A DNA stretch of 64,000 nucleotides from Trueperaceae bacterium (GCA_965214405.1 OZ243956.1:896001-960000), one strand, 5' to 3'. Shown: positions 9,544 through 21,811, counted from the stretch's first letter. Notes: generated by a model not told the origin, from the letters alone. Numbers and translations: made by a program.

Positions 9544-12375
9544 TTACGCCGAGGGCTGGCTGGGCGCGTTCTGGCCCGCGCTCCCCGAGCGCCCGTGGCA
9601 GTGCTTGTACTTCTTGCCGCTACCGCAGGGACAGGGGTCGTTGCGGCCCACCTTGTCGTCCGCGCGGATGGGGGCGGTTTTGCCGCTACCGCCCGCGCCC
9701 ATGCCCGGTTGCGGCAGGTCCTTGGTGTCCGTGTAGGAGACCGGACGGCGCTGCTCCTTGCGCTCCAAGGCTCCGTCGCCTTCGGTCTGGACCTGCACGC
9801 GGAAGAGGAGCTTGGCGACGTTGAGGCGGATGTTGGCCTTCATCTCTTCAAACAAGTTGTAGGCTTCAAACGCGTATTCTTGCAAGGGGTTGCGCTGACC
9901 GTAACCGCGCAGGCCGATGCCCTGACGCAGCACGTCCATGTTGTGAAGCTGCTCTTTCCAGTGGTTGTCCACGACTTGCAGGACGATAAAGCGTTCCAAC
10001 TCGCGTAGGAGCGGCGCGCCGAGTTCGGCCTCGCGCGCTTTGTAGGCCTCCTCGATGGCGGGCACAAGCGTCTGCGTGGCCTCCTCGGGGTCCTGACCGC
10101 GCAACGCCTCGAAGTCGAAACCCTCCAACGCGGGCACCGCCTCGGTGATGGCGGCGCGGAGCTTGGGGATTTCTTGCTCCTCGGGCTCCAACTCGGGGTT
10201 TAAGTAGTTCTGCACCTGCGGGTCCACGTACTCGGCGATCATGTCCTGCACGTCTTCGGAGATGTCGTTCCCCAACAAGATGTCGCGGCGCTGCTTGTAG
10301 ATCACCTCGCGCTGCTTGCTCATCACGTTGTCAAACTCCAAGAGCTGCTTGCGGATGCCGAAGTTGCGGTCCTCGACGCGCTTTTGGGCGCGCTCAATCG
10401 CGCCCGTGACCATCTTGGCCTCGATGGGCTGTTCGTCGTCCATCCCCAGGCGGTCCATCATGCCCAGCACGCGTTCCGAAGCAAAGAGCCGCATGAGGTC
10501 GTCCTCGAAAGAGACGTAGAAGCGGCTCGAGCCCGGGTCACCCTGTCTTCCCGAACGCCCGCGGAGCTGGTTATCGATGCGCCGCGCCTCGTGGCGCTCG
10601 GTGCCGATGATGTGCAGGCCGCCCAACTCGACCACCTTGACGTGGTCGCGTTCGGCCTCGTCGCGGACGGTCTCGAGCTTCGGGATGATGTCGTGTGACA
10701 GCCCCTCGATTTTGTTGGTGAGGTCTCGAGCCTCGTCGGGCCTTTTGAGCATCACCGCCTTGATAAAGAGCTCGACGTCGCGGCTGTAGCGGCTCACGCC
10801 CTCGCGCTCCAAAAGCTGCCCTGCCAAGGCCTCGGGATTGCCGCCCAAGACGATGTCGGTCCCGCGGCCCGCCATGTTGGTCGAGATGGTCACCGCGCCG
10901 CTGCGTCCGGCTTGCGCGACGATCTCCGCCTCGCGCTCGTGATATTTCGCGTTCAGCACCTCGTGTTTGACGCCCTTACGCTTGAGCATATTAGAGAGTC
11001 GTTCGGACGCCTCAATCGTCACCGTGCCGACCAGGATGGGCTGGCCCTTTTTGTGGATCTCTTCAATCTCACTAACGACTGCGTTGTACTTGCCCTCAAT
11101 CGTGCGAAACACGATGTCGTCATGGTCGCCGCGGATGACGGGTTTATTCGTCGGGATAACGAGCACGTCCGAGCCGTAAATCTCCTGAAACTCTTTCTCC
11201 TCGGTTTTGGCCGTGCCAGTCATGCCCGCGATCTTGTCGTAAAGCTTGAAGAAGTTTTGATACGTGACCGTCGCCAGCGTCTGGTTCTCGCGCTCGATCT
11301 TCACGCCCTCTTTGGCCTCGATGGCCTGGTGGAGCCCCTCGCCAAAGCGCCGTCCGGGCATGAGGCGGCCCGTGAACTCGTCGACAATCAGGACCTGACC
11401 CTGCTCGTCTTTGACGTACTGCTTGTCTAAGTGATAGTGCTCCTTGGCGCGCAAAGCCTGCCGGAGCATGTGCGCCACCTCCATGTTTTTGGACGAGAAG
11501 AGGTCCTCGAGGTTGAGGCGCTCCTCCGCCTTTGAGATACCCTGCTCGGTGAGGTGGATGTCCTTGGTTTTTTCGTCCGCCGAATAGTCGCCCGTGGCGG
11601 GTTTTTCCTCGCCCTCGGCGGGCTCGCCGCGCTCTAGACCCTTCACGAGCTTCGCCATCGTGTAGTACATGTCGGTGGCGACTTCCGCGGGACCCGAGAT
11701 AATGAGCGGCGTTCTGGCCTCGTCAATCAGGATCGAGTCGACCTCGTCGATAACCGCGTAGTGCAGGGGCGTCGCTTCGCGCAGCACGAGCTGTTCGGGC
11801 CGAAAGGCCATGTTGTCGCGCAGGTAGTCAAAGCCAAGCTCGGAGTTAGTGATGTAGGTCACGTCGTTCCGGTAGGCCTCACGCCGCGCGGACGCGTCCG
11901 AGCCGTGCTTGATAACGCCGACGGTGAGCCCTAGGCCGCGGTACACCGGCCCCATCCACTCCGCGCCGGTCTCGGCCAAGTAGTCGTTGGTGGTGACTAG
12001 GTGCGTGCCCTTGTTGGTGAGCGCGTTGAGCGCCAGCGCGAGCGTGGCGACGAGCGTTTTGCCCTCGCCCGTTTTCATCTCCGAGATCTTGCCCTGGTGC
12101 AGCGCAGCGCCGCCGATAAGCTGCACGTCGTAGGGGCGCATCCCAAGGTTGCGCACCGCCGACTCGCGGGTGAGCGCGAAAGCTTCGGGAAGCAGCGCGT
12201 CCAAAGTCTCGCCGCCCTCTAAATGCCGCGTCCTAAGCTCGGCGTAGGCCGCTTTCAAGTCGGGCAGTTCTTTGACCTTGGGCTCGAGCGCCTTGACCGC
12301 CGCGACCACGTCGTTCTCGAGCCGCCTTACGTCTCGTTTATTGTTGTCGAACAGTTGGTTGATAAAGCCAAGCAT
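9544..12375 (-). CDS. secA: preprotein translocase subunit SecA
   Basis: [53 protein letters not shown]-terminal [22 protein letters not shown]. Confidence 0.99.
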   Translation of the reverse strand: MLGFINQLFDNNKRDVRRLENDVVAAVKALEPKVKELPDLKAAYAELRTRHLEGGETLDALLPEAFALTRESAVRNLGMRPYDVQLIGGAALHQGKISEMKTGEGKTLVATLALALNALTNKGTHLVTTNDYLAETGAEWMGPVYRGLGLTVGVIKHGSDASARREAYRNDVTYITNSELGFDYLRDNMAFRPEQLVLREATPLHYAVIDEVDSILIDEARTPLIISGPAEVATDMYYTMAKLVKGLERGEPAEGEEKPATGDYSADEKTKDIHLTEQGISKAEERLNLEDLFSSKNMEVAHMLRQALRAKEHYHLDKQYVKDEQGQVLIVDEFTGRLMPGRRFGEGLHQAIEAKEGVKIERENQTLATVTYQNFFKLYDKIAGMTGTAKTEEKEFQEIYGSDVLVIPTNKPVIRGDHDDIVFRTIEGKYNAVVSEIEEIHKKGQPILVGTVTIEASERLSNMLKRKGVKHEVLNAKYHEREAEIVAQAGRSGAVTISTNMAGRGTDIVLGGNPEALAGQLLEREGVSRYSRDVELFIKAVMLKRPDEARDLTNKIEGLSHDIIPKLETVRDEAERDHVKVVELGGLHIIGTERHEARRIDNQLRGRSGRQGDPGSSRFYVSFEDDLMRLFASERVLGMMDRLGMDDEQPIEAKMVTGAIERAQKRVEDRNFGIRKQLLEFDNVMSKQREVIYKQRRDILLGNDISEDVQDMIAEYVDPQVQNYLNPELEPEEQEIPKLRAAITEAVPALEGFDFEALRGQDPEEATQTLVPAIEEAYKAREAELGAPLLRELERFIVLQVVDNHWKEQLHNMDVLRQGIGLRGYGQRNPLQEYAFEAYNLFEEMKANIRLNVAKLLFRVQVQTEGDGALERKEQRRPVSYTDTKDLPQPGMGAGGSGKTAPIRADDKVGRNDPCPCGSGKKYKHCHGRSGSAGQNAPSQPSA

Positions 12376-12742
12376 GGGAACCTTCCTCAGTGGAACATTC
12401 GGTGGGATGGATTAAAGTCACGTAGTTCTAAGCTAGCATCTCAGCATCATAGATTAGCACGTGCGCATGACGGTTCTGTTAAGGAAGTGACTTAGTTGGC
12501 GGCTTAGTGAATGGCGTGGCCCGAAGCGCTCACCCGTCCCTTGTATCTTCCCTGGACCTTGCTCTACCCTACCTCACGCTTTTTTAGTAAGTCGTATTTC
12601 TAATAAGTCGTACGGGCGAACCCAAGAATTGTGGAGGATTTGATAACATATTCTCTGGGAACGAAGGCTCGAGCGTTTGTTAAACACTGGTTCGAGAGCA
12701 CGTTTCTAGTCGCCCGCCTTTACCCACCTGTACAGGAGCATT

Positions 12743-13516
12743 ATGAGTTACTTGGATTCGAGCTTGTTAGGCTTACTCATTCTCGTTGCACAAATCATTT
12801 GCGGGGTTCACGCCTACCGCAACGGCAGATACCTCTGGATTGCGCTCATCATCTTTGTCCCCGTCGTGGGCGTACTCATCTACTTTTTTGCCGAGCTGCT
12901 GCCCTCGCTGCGCGTCGACCGGCGCTTCCAGGGGGCCGGAACGCAGGTCATCAACACCTTGCAACCCACGCGCCGTTTGCAAGAGCTCGAGGAAATTTTG
13001 AGCGAACACGACACCATCGCCACCCGCCAGGCCTACGCCGAAGAGCTGATGCGTCACGGGCGTTTGGACGAGGCCATTGAGGTGCTCGAGGGCGGTCTCA
13101 GAGGCGTCTTCGCTGACGACCCACAGACGCTCTTCGCGCTCGCCAAGGCCTACGTCGCAAAGGATGAACCCGCCCACGCGCAGGCGATTTTGGACGACAT
13201 CCGCGAAGAAAGCCCCGGCTTCGAGCCCGACAAGGTGCGCTTGTTGCGCGCGCGCATGTTGGAGGCGCAGGGCAAGTTAGAAGCGGCCATCCCCGAATAC
13301 CGCGCGCTCGCGCAGCGCGGCTACAGCGAAGAGCCCCGCTACCACCTCGCTTTGGCCTTGGATAAAAGGGGCGATGCGGAGGCGGCGAACGAGGTTTTTG
13401 AGGGGGCGCTCAAGTATTACAACCGGTCGTCGGGGATTTATCGCCGCGAGAACAGTCCGTGGATAAGGGGTCTCAAGCAGCATTTTGCGAATCGGGGGCG
13501 GCAGGCAAGTCAGTAA
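12743..13516 (+). CDS. membrane-anchored tetratricopeptide repeat protein
   Basis: Two N-terminal TM helices (WIALIIFVPVVGVLIYFFAE) then TPR-like helices; AGGAG RBS. Confidence 0.8.
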   Translation: MSYLDSSLLGLLILVAQIICGVHAYRNGRYLWIALIIFVPVVGVLIYFFAELLPSLRVDRRFQGAGTQVINTLQPTRRLQELEEILSEHDTIATRQAYAEELMRHGRLDEAIEVLEGGLRGVFADDPQTLFALAKAYVAKDEPAHAQAILDDIREESPGFEPDKVRLLRARMLEAQGKLEAAIPEYRALAQRGYSEEPRYHLALALDKRGDAEAANEVFEGALKYYNRSSGIYRRENSPWIRGLKQHFANRGRQASQ

Positions 13517-13583
13517 GCGTCGGGGTGGCGTTCAACAGGGGTGGAGCGACACGGTTTGGGTCGGGAGTGGGCTAAACTGGCGT

Positions 13584-15410
13584 ATGTCAAGGCGTGTTTG
13601 GGGACGGTGGCGTGCGGCTCTTAGCCTGTGGTGCCTTCTCGCCTCATGTGCCACAGCACAAACAACAGCACAGACCACAGCACAAGCTTCACGAGATATT
13701 GCGCTCGAGCTCGGCTTTTCGGGTGAGATGGTCGCGGACGCTTGGAACCCGCTGCGGCTCACCATGCGGGACGCGCCGAACGCGGAACTGGTCATCGACA
13801 TCGATCAGGGCGGGCTGCGCGAGGGTCCCAGGCTGGTCCGCTACCGCGCGCCGCTGCCCGCGGGGGGCGGGATGGCGGTGTTCGAGGATGACATTTACCT
13901 GCCCCCGCGCTGGCGCTCTTTCGCCTGGGCGGTGCGTAGCGGCGACGTCACGCTCGCCAGCGGCACCTTCGACCCGCGCGTGACGCTCAACCCGCGGCCC
14001 TTGCAGCTCGTGTCGGCGGACGGGGTGGGACGGTGGCGGGCGCTTTTTGAGGGCTCGAGTAACAGCTCGAGTGGCGGCTCTGACACTGATAACTTGAGTG
14101 GCGGCTCTAGTACGGGCGGCTCTAGCACCCTCGGGACTGACGGTACTGACGGTGAGGCCCGCGTCATCGAGGTGACGGGCAGTCTGCCCGAGCGCGCCGC
14201 CGCTTACGACGGCGTCGAGACGCTTCTGCTGGACGGGACCGCGCCCGCGCCGCGTTTAGAGGCGGTGATCGCGGCGGCGGCGGGGGGCGTCACGGTGCTG
14301 CTGATAGACCCGCTGCCGCAAAACTTTGAGCCTCTGCGCGCGCTCGCGCCCGAACCGGCCCAGCGTTTGGGTAGCGGCTGGCTCGTACGCAGTTCAGACG
14401 GGGACGCGGAGGCTGCCTCTTTGGGCACCGTACGGGACACTGTGTTAGGGAACACTGTGTTAGACACTGTAGACGTCTCCGCGCTCACTAGCGCGCTGCT
14501 TACGCCGGACTTGCTCGAGGCCCCCCAGGGCGCTCCCACCAGACCGCTTCTTTTCGGGCTCACGGCTTACCTTCTCCTCACCTTTTTACTCGTCCGGTTT
14601 GGGGGCACGCCGGGGCTCCTTACCGCGCTCGCAGTGGTGCCCGTGGCGTCTTTCGCCGCCTGGGGGTACGTGCGGCCCTCGTCCGAGATGCCCGTGCGCT
14701 CCCGGACTCTAAGCATCGGCGCGGGCGGGCTCGCCTACAAGGGCGAAGTGAGGACGTTCTTTCGCTTTTCCAGGGGCGAGGTGACGGGGCCGCCCCAGGC
14801 GAGGCTCCTGGAGGCCGACACCCTGGCGACCAATACGGTGGCGGAAGCTCTCAGAGACGTGTTGCAGGACGCGGCACCTGCCACAACTTCCGGCACCGCC
14901 GGTGCGGACGTTCTTTACGAGCGGACGCCCGAAGGGCTCCGGTTCGACTTGCCGCGCTGGTCGTCGGTGGCGCTCCTGCTGGCCCCTCGGCTCGAGCCCG
15001 CCCGCTTAGAATGGCAAGACGGCGCGCTCGTCAACACGGGGACGGACGCGCTGGTGGACGTGTACATCGTCGGCGAGGGCCTTCAGGAGGACGCCCCACC
15101 CGCCAGCGCCCAGACGCCCCGCGCGGGCGAGGAGAACACGCGCGACCTGCCCCTCGTCTACCGAGAACTCCTGCCCCGGCTGCCCGAGGGTGCCGCCATC
15201 GCCAGGCAAGGCGGTCACATCTTTGTGGCGCTACCCGAGTCTCCTGGTGATCCAAAAAATAGGGGCGCTCAGAGCATGGATGTTTGGAACACGGATGTTC
15301 AGCGCGTTGATGTTCGACCTACCGACGCGCAGAATTTGCAGAATTTTAAGCAGAGTTTTCATCAGAGGACGCCGCCAACCTATGTGGATTATGTAGGAAG
15401 CGCGCCGTGA
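13584..15410 (+). CDS. exported/membrane hypothetical protein
   Basis: Signal-like N-terminus, WNPLRLT and LPERAAAYDGVETLLLDG motifs, two internal TM helices; start inferred from TAAACT-5nt-ATG. Confidence 0.65.
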   Translation: MSRRVWGRWRAALSLWCLLASCATAQTTAQTTAQASRDIALELGFSGEMVADAWNPLRLTMRDAPNAELVIDIDQGGLREGPRLVRYRAPLPAGGGMAVFEDDIYLPPRWRSFAWAVRSGDVTLASGTFDPRVTLNPRPLQLVSADGVGRWRALFEGSSNSSSGGSDTDNLSGGSSTGGSSTLGTDGTDGEARVIEVTGSLPERAAAYDGVETLLLDGTAPAPRLEAVIAAAAGGVTVLLIDPLPQNFEPLRALAPEPAQRLGSGWLVRSSDGDAEAASLGTVRDTVLGNTVLDTVDVSALTSALLTPDLLEAPQGAPTRPLLFGLTAYLLLTFLLVRFGGTPGLLTALAVVPVASFAAWGYVRPSSEMPVRSRTLSIGAGGLAYKGEVRTFFRFSRGEVTGPPQARLLEADTLATNTVAEALRDVLQDAAPATTSGTAGADVLYERTPEGLRFDLPRWSSVALLLAPRLEPARLEWQDGALVNTGTDALVDVYIVGEGLQEDAPPASAQTPRAGEENTRDLPLVYRELLPRLPEGAAIARQGGHIFVALPESPGDPKNRGAQSMDVWNTDVQRVDVRPTDAQNLQNFKQSFHQRTPPTYVDYVGSAP

Positions 15411-16060
15411 GTTCTTTCGACTCGCCAACGTCCCCCGTACGCCCGCTGGACGCGCTTAGCGCGCGCTTAAGAAGCGCCGACATGGTCCAGGTGATGGTCG
15501 GCTACTTTGCACTCCTCGTGTTCGTGCTCCTTTTCGCCTGGCCCGCCGCGTCGTCCCCCGTGGCGGCGCGCCCGAACGACAGTTGGTTCGTCTTCACGCA
15601 GGTCAAGCTTTTGGCGCTCCTTTTGCTCGGCCTTTCTTACGGCGCAAACGTCGTCCCGGCTCCCGCTGCCGAGCGCCGGGTCACGCTCGGGGCGCTTTTG
15701 GTGCTGGCGGTCTTTACGCTGCCGCTCGAGCTTGGGGCCTACGCGGGTTCGTTACCGGGCGCGCCCCTCACCTGGTCGCCGCTGCTGGGGTTCCTCACCG
15801 TCTGCGGGTTTTTCGGCGTGGGGCTCGCGTTGGGCGGGCTGCTCGGGGTGCTGCGGCTCCGCGCGCTCTTACCGCTCGCGGTGCCGCTCCTCGTGGTGGG
15901 GCTCTTTTTCGGCGACCTCTGGCTCGGCCTGCCGCTCCTCAACCCGTCGAACGCCGCGAACCGCGTGACGCTTCCCTACCTCGCGTTCTCAGGTTTCTTA
16001 AGTCTCGGCACGTTTCTTTACCTCCTTCGCCCTACCAAAATTGAGAGGACCCCACTGTAA
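15407..16060 (+). CDS. integral membrane hypothetical protein (ABC-2-permease-like size)
   Basis: About 6 hydrophobic helices; GTGA overlap with the upstream gene. Confidence 0.7.
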   Translation: MSSFDSPTSPVRPLDALSARLRSADMVQVMVGYFALLVFVLLFAWPAASSPVAARPNDSWFVFTQVKLLALLLLGLSYGANVVPAPAAERRVTLGALLVLAVFTLPLELGAYAGSLPGAPLTWSPLLGFLTVCGFFGVGLALGGLLGVLRLRALLPLAVPLLVVGLFFGDLWLGLPLLNPSNAANRVTLPYLAFSGFLSLGTFLYLLRPTKIERTPL

Positions 16061-16062
16061 TC

Positions 16063-17643
16063 ATGATTCGCCCCAGCCGACGCCGCTCACCACGCTCTAC
16101 GCCTCCGCCGCCCTTTACGCTGCACCACCGCCTCGCGCGCCGCCGCACCGTACGGCTGCGGCTCCTGCGGTGCAGCGCGCTCGCGCTCGCGCTGTCGCTC
16201 GTCTTGTGGCTTGCTGGCGCACCTCTGCTCCTGCATCTTGCCAGCGTGGTCCTGGGGTTCGCGCTGGGTTTTCTCGCGCCCCTCAAGCCGCAAGAGCCGT
16301 GGGCGCTCGCCTGGATCGAGGGCGAGATGGGCATGAGCTACCGCACCGCGCTCGAGCACGGCGAAAACGACCCCTACGGCTTTCACAAGGCAACGTTAGC
16401 GCGCGCGGAAGGGTTGGCGGGGGGGCTCGAGCCGCCCGCCGAGCAACCGTGGTGGCTGCCCGCGCTCGTGCTCGCGCTGGGCTTAGTCGTTCTCCCGGCG
16501 GTCGGGTTTCCCGGAAACCCGTTTTCGCTTCCAGGCTTGGGCGCGACCACGGAGGCTCCCGCAGAGGGCGCATCCACACCCGCCCCGCCCCCACCCGAAA
16601 CTCCGCCCGCAGGCGCAGAGGGAGAAGGAAGCGAGACGCCGCAAGAAGCGTCCGATCCTGCCCAGAGTCCCGGCGAGGGCGCAAACGGCAGCGACTCGAG
16701 CGATTTTGACACCGCCAACGGCTCCGAAGGCGGCGACGCCGCTACGTCTGACAGTGAAGCGTTGTCGCGCTTTCTGGACGCGCGCCAAGACGCGGGTAAC
16801 GACACCGATACCGACGCGTCACAGGCGCAGGGGGGCGCATCCTCTCCTACCGACGCCTTGAGCGATTCAGGCGCGAGCGAGGAAGGCTCAGCCGGGGGAG
16901 CCGACCGCCAGGCCGCGCAAACCTCCCCGGCCAACGCGCAACAAAACGCCCAACAAGGCGAGGGTCCCGGTGACGCGGGGGCTCAAGAGGGTTCGCAGGA
17001 CGCGTCTGGGGCGTCCCAAGAGCAAGGGGAGCAAAACGCCGCGCAGGCCGGTCAAGAGAACAGTCAACAAGAGGGGCAAGAAGCCGGTCAAGGCGCTCAG
17101 GAAGGCTCACAAGAAAATGGCGGCGAAAGCGCCGCGTCTGAGGAGAGCGCCGCGCAGGACGCTGGGCAAGCTCAGGAACAAGAACAGGCCCAGGCGGGTT
17201 CAGCCGAACAGACCGAGGGGCAAGAGGGTTCGCAGAGCGCCGAAGCGCCCAATCAGGGTGAGGCGGGCGCGCAAGAGGGCGGGCCACAAGAGGGACAGGG
17301 GAGGGCGGGCGCGCAAGCGTCTGGAGACGGTGAGGGCGACGCGCAGGCCCAGGGCAGCGGCGAGGGTGACGGCGCGGGCGCGACCGGTTCGGCCCCCCAA
17401 CCGTCAGACCAAACAACCGCGGGCCTCGAAGGCTCCCCCCAAACCCCGCCCGAATTTTTGGGCGGCAGACGCCAGGAGGGCGAGTCAGCGCGAGGCGGCG
17501 CGCTCCAACTCCCCGGCGCGGACCCCGGCACCCGCCCCGCAGGCGAGGCCGCTGGAGGCTTCGACAGGTCGGTCGAGCGGGCGATTACTGAGGGCCGGAT
17601 TCCGGTGGAGTATCAGGAGATGCTGCGGAACTACTTTCGGTAG
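16063..17643 (+). CDS. membrane protein with long Q/E/G/S/A-rich disordered tail (DUF4175-like architecture)
   Basis: 3 TM segments, about 300 aa acidic low-complexity region, C-terminal IPVEYQEMLRNYF motif. Confidence 0.7.
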   Translation: MIRPSRRRSPRSTPPPPFTLHHRLARRRTVRLRLLRCSALALALSLVLWLAGAPLLLHLASVVLGFALGFLAPLKPQEPWALAWIEGEMGMSYRTALEHGENDPYGFHKATLARAEGLAGGLEPPAEQPWWLPALVLALGLVVLPAVGFPGNPFSLPGLGATTEAPAEGASTPAPPPPETPPAGAEGEGSETPQEASDPAQSPGEGANGSDSSDFDTANGSEGGDAATSDSEALSRFLDARQDAGNDTDTDASQAQGGASSPTDALSDSGASEEGSAGGADRQAAQTSPANAQQNAQQGEGPGDAGAQEGSQDASGASQEQGEQNAAQAGQENSQQEGQEAGQGAQEGSQENGGESAASEESAAQDAGQAQEQEQAQAGSAEQTEGQEGSQSAEAPNQGEAGAQEGGPQEGQGRAGAQASGDGEGDAQAQGSGEGDGAGATGSAPQPSDQTTAGLEGSPQTPPEFLGGRRQEGESARGGALQLPGADPGTRPAGEAAGGFDRSVERAITEGRIPVEYQEMLRNYFR

Positions 17644-17686
17644 CGTCAACAGGTTTCCAAAGGGTAGGAACGAAGGTTTAGAGGGT

Positions 17687-18283
<597 letters not shown>

Positions 18284-18505
18284 CCCGTCAATCTACCGCA
18301 CGCTTTCCCTTGGCGGACCGTGCTACACTGCCTCTATGAAACGGTTTTTCGTCACCCGCACCATTATTTGCACTGTCACCCGCACCACGCGATGTTGCTG
18401 ACTCAAGGCTGACGAACCCGTCTTTTCCTTTTCAAAACAACTTAGAATTTACCTGGGTCAAACGCGACATAATGCTTTTGACTTTCTTCCGCTTTAGGAG
18501 CTCCT

Positions 18506-19957
18506 ATGGCTTTACAGCTTTACAACACCATGACGCGGCGCAAAGAACCCTTTGAACCCGTGACGCCGGGGCGCGTCGGCATCTACGTCTGCGGTCCTAC
18601 CGTCTACAGCGAACCGCACATCGGCAACGCGCGCGGCCCCGTTTTTTTCGACGTGGTGAGGCGCTGGTTAGAGCGCGAGGGTTACGCCGTGCGCTACGTT
18701 TCCAACGTGACCGACGTGGGGCATCTCACGGACGACGCGGACGAGGGCGAGGACAAGCTCTTGAAGCGCGCCAGGTTGGAACAGTTGGAGCCGATGGAAA
18801 TCGCCGAAAAATACTTCTGGATTTATTTCGACGCGATGACCAAACTCGGCGTGCGCCGCCCCGACGTGGTCCCGCGCGCCTCGGGGCATATCATCGAGCA
18901 GATTGGGATGACGGAGACGCTTTTGGAGCGCGGGCTGGCTTACGAAAGGGACGGCAACGTCTATTTCGATGTGTCGGCTTGGGACGCCTATGGCGAACTC
19001 TCCGGGCGCAACCCGGAGGATTTGCTAGAGGGCACGCGGGTGACGGTTCGGGGTGACAAGGACGACCCTCGAGACTTCGCCCTCTGGAAACGCGCCGAGG
19101 GGGGTCACATCATGCGCTGGCCGAGCCCGTGGGGCGAGGGCTATCCGGGCTGGCATATCGAGTGCTCGGTCATGAGCACCAAATACTTGGGCGACGAATT
19201 CGACATCCACGGCGGCGGTCTGGACCTCCTCTTCCCGCACCACGAGTGCGAGATTGCCCAGGCGAGGGGCGCGGGTAAGCCTTTCGCGCGTTACTGGCTG
19301 CACTGGAACTTCCTGACCTTTGGCGGCGAGAAGATGGCGAAGTCCAAGGGGGCCTTGGCGCTCTCCGAGCTTCTCAAAGAACACGACCCCCTCGCCCTGC
19401 GCTTCCACCTGCTCTCGGCTCACTACCGCAGCGTCAGCGACTTCTCAGACGAGAGCTTGCGCAGCAGCGCGCAGGGTCTCAAGCGCATTCAAGACGCCTA
19501 CCGCGAGGTGCTAAAGCGTGTGGGCGAGGCTGAGGTTGTGGCTCCCAAAGAGGACCCGTTAGCGGGCTACCGCGACCGCTTCGCCGAGGCGATGAACGAC
19601 GACTTCAACACGCCGCAGGCCGTCGCGGCGCTTTTCGACGCGACGAGGGAAATCAACGCGGCTCTGGCTCCTGGAAAAGGGGTGAAAGGGGCAGGCCTCG
19701 AGTATTTAGCCGCCGCACGCGCCTTTTACGAAGACCTCGCCGGAGAGGTGCTGGGCGTGCTGGGAACGCCCGAGACGACCCGACCGGGCGCGGACTTAGG
19801 CACGCTGGACGGACTTCTGGACCTCGTCATCGCCCAGCGGCAGGAGGCGCGGCTGAGGCGCGACTTCGCGGGGGCCGACGCCATTCGTGACCGGCTGGCG
19901 GCGCTCGGGGTGGTGCTCGAGGACACCCCCGACGGCAGCCGCTGGAAGCTGGCGTGA
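18506..19957 (+). CDS. cysS: cysteine--tRNA ligase
   Basis: [49 protein letters not shown]. Confidence 0.98.
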   Translation: MALQLYNTMTRRKEPFEPVTPGRVGIYVCGPTVYSEPHIGNARGPVFFDVVRRWLEREGYAVRYVSNVTDVGHLTDDADEGEDKLLKRARLEQLEPMEIAEKYFWIYFDAMTKLGVRRPDVVPRASGHIIEQIGMTETLLERGLAYERDGNVYFDVSAWDAYGELSGRNPEDLLEGTRVTVRGDKDDPRDFALWKRAEGGHIMRWPSPWGEGYPGWHIECSVMSTKYLGDEFDIHGGGLDLLFPHHECEIAQARGAGKPFARYWLHWNFLTFGGEKMAKSKGALALSELLKEHDPLALRFHLLSAHYRSVSDFSDESLRSSAQGLKRIQDAYREVLKRVGEAEVVAPKEDPLAGYRDRFAEAMNDDFNTPQAVAALFDATREINAALAPGKGVKGAGLEYLAAARAFYEDLAGEVLGVLGTPETTRPGADLGTLDGLLDLVIAQRQEARLRRDFAGADAIRDRLAALGVVLEDTPDGSRWKLA

Positions 19958-19998
19958 AGTCTCACCGGAGGCTTCACCGCTAGCACAAACTTACGGGA

Positions 19999-20546
19999 TT
20001 AGGCGAAAAAGTCTTTGAGAAGCAGCGTCCAGCCGGGCACCACGTCGCCGCCTTCTAAAACATCCTCTTCGGTCAGGTGCGTGATGTCAGCGCTCGGTAC
20101 ACCGTCACCGTTTTCTTGAGGGGGTTAACGACCAGGACCAGACGCGCTCCGTGGTTCAGCCACTCAAAAACCTTTTCTTCAACCCCGCTGTAAGTGTCAC
20201 TCGGTGAAACTACCTCGGCGGCCAAATCAGGCGCGCCCAGCCAATAACCCGTGACGGGTCCCGTTCTTTCCAAACGCTCTTGGCTCATAAAGGCCACGTC
20301 GGGCGCGCGGACGGTGTCGGGGTTTGAGGTGAGTTTGAACCCTGTTTCGGCGGCGTAAACTTTACCGAGCTTGTGCGCCTTGACGTGGTTGCGGAGTTCG
20401 GCTGAGAGTTCTCCGGTCAGGTAGCCGTGAGCACTCTCCGCAAGCGACATCTTCCTGAGTTCTCCTCGCACGAGTTCGTAACGGAAGCCGTCGTCGAGCG
20501 CCAAAAGTGCGTCGGCGGTGAAGGGCTGGCTGGTCACCTGCGTCAT
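19999..20546 (-). pseudogene. Uma2 (DUF820) family endonuclease, frameshifted near the C-terminus
   Basis: RYELVRGEL, VRAPDVAF, APDLAAEVVSPSD. Frame stops at 20073 but the family-typical tail DITHLTEEDVLEGGDVVPGWTLLLKDFFA* continues in another frame to 19999. Confidence 0.8.
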
Positions 20547-20642
20547 AAAACCTTGTACGCAATAGTAGCACGAGGGGGAGCGCGTGCAGAGGTGAGGAAC
20601 TTCTTAAGTAAGCGCTGGCACCTCTGATAGGATGCCCGCACG

Positions 20643-21785
20643 ATGAACGACACCCAGGCGTCATTACGGGCCGCCCTCGCCCTCGCGCTGACCCCCGGTT
20701 TGGGTCCGCGCAAGTTCAAGCTGTTGCTCGAGCACTTCGGCACCGCCACGCGCGTCTTCGAAGCCGACACGCCCGCGCTCGCTGAGGTTGAGGGGGTGGG
20801 GCCGAAGCTGATTCACGCGATTGGGCAGGCCAAAAACTCGGGCGCGCCCGACAAGGAACTCGAGCGCACGCAGCGCCTCAACGTCACGCTGCTGCCCCTC
20901 TCGCACGCTGATTATCCGGAGAGCTTGCGCGCGATTTACGACCCGCCGCCCGTGCTTTACGTCCGGGGCGCGTTACCCAAAACGCTGTTGGGTCCTACCC
21001 AGGCGGTGCGCGCGGTGGGCATCGTGGGGACGCGTGACGCGAGTGCGTACGCGCTCGAGTTCTCCCACACCCTCGCCGCGCGCTTAGCCGAAAGCGGGGT
21101 GACGGTGGTGTCAGGGCTGGCCTTGGGCGTGGACAGCGCCGCGCACGAGGGGGCAGTGAACGTCAGGGGCGGTACGACGGTCGCGGTGTTGGGGTCCGGC
21201 GTGGACGTGGTGTATCCGAGGCAAAATGCAGATTTAGCCAAACGCATCCTCAACGGGCGCGGCGCGCTGGTGAGCGAATATCCCATCGGGACGGGGCCGC
21301 GCGCGGGGCATTTTCCGGGGCGCAACCGGATTATCAATGGGCTCTCGCGCGGCGTGGTGGTGGTTGAGGCGGGCGAAAAGTCGGGCGCGCTCATTACGGC
21401 GGATTACGCGCTCGAGGAGGGCCGCACCGTGTTCGCCGTACCGGGCCGCGTGGGCGACCATAAAGCCAAAGGTACCCTGAATCTCCTCAAGCAGGGCGCG
21501 GTTTTGGTTACAAATATAGACGACGTGTTGGAAGAGTTTAGCTGGATGGGCGCGGGGGAACACGCCCCACCCGCGCCTGCGCTCACAGAAGTCCAAAAAC
21601 TCGTGGCCGAGGCCGTGCGGGCGGGCGACACGCCGCTCCTAGACGACCTCATCGTCCGCACCGGCTTGGGCGCGCCCGAACTCCTGCCGGTGCTGATGCT
21701 TTTAGAGCTTCAGGGCGTCGTCAAGCCCGTGCCCGGCGGGCGCTACCGCTACAGCTTCGGCCAACTGGGTTTTGGAGCCACCTGA
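20643..21785 (+). CDS. dprA: DNA-processing protein DprA
   Basis: YPESLRAIYDPPPVLY, VGTR, VSGLALGVDSAAH, FPGRNRII, SGALITA, C-terminal winged helix. Confidence 0.96.
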   Translation: MNDTQASLRAALALALTPGLGPRKFKLLLEHFGTATRVFEADTPALAEVEGVGPKLIHAIGQAKNSGAPDKELERTQRLNVTLLPLSHADYPESLRAIYDPPPVLYVRGALPKTLLGPTQAVRAVGIVGTRDASAYALEFSHTLAARLAESGVTVVSGLALGVDSAAHEGAVNVRGGTTVAVLGSGVDVVYPRQNADLAKRILNGRGALVSEYPIGTGPRAGHFPGRNRIINGLSRGVVVVEAGEKSGALITADYALEEGRTVFAVPGRVGDHKAKGTLNLLKQGAVLVTNIDDVLEEFSWMGAGEHAPPAPALTEVQKLVAEAVRAGDTPLLDDLIVRTGLGAPELLPVLMLLELQGVVKPVPGGRYRYSFGQLGFGAT

Positions 21786-21787
21786 CA

Positions 21788-21811
21788 AACAAGGGGTTGC
21801 AACCCCTTGTT
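21788..21811. repeat. perfect 24-bp palindrome (REP-like) immediately after dprA
   Basis: AACAAGGGGTTGCAACCCCTTGTT equals its own reverse complement. Confidence 0.75.

Noticed and set aside
16550..17430. Repetitive CAAGAG/CAGG-rich DNA as a repeat array
   Set aside because: Explained by Gln/Glu/Gly/Ala codons of the low-complexity protein; no fixed period.
18290..18505. T-box riboswitch upstream of cysS
   Set aside because: No T-box consensus or terminator/antiterminator pair was visible.
20550..20642. Deinococcal radiation/desiccation response motif upstream of dprA (also checked polA)
   Set aside because: No convincing 17-bp palindrome found by eye.
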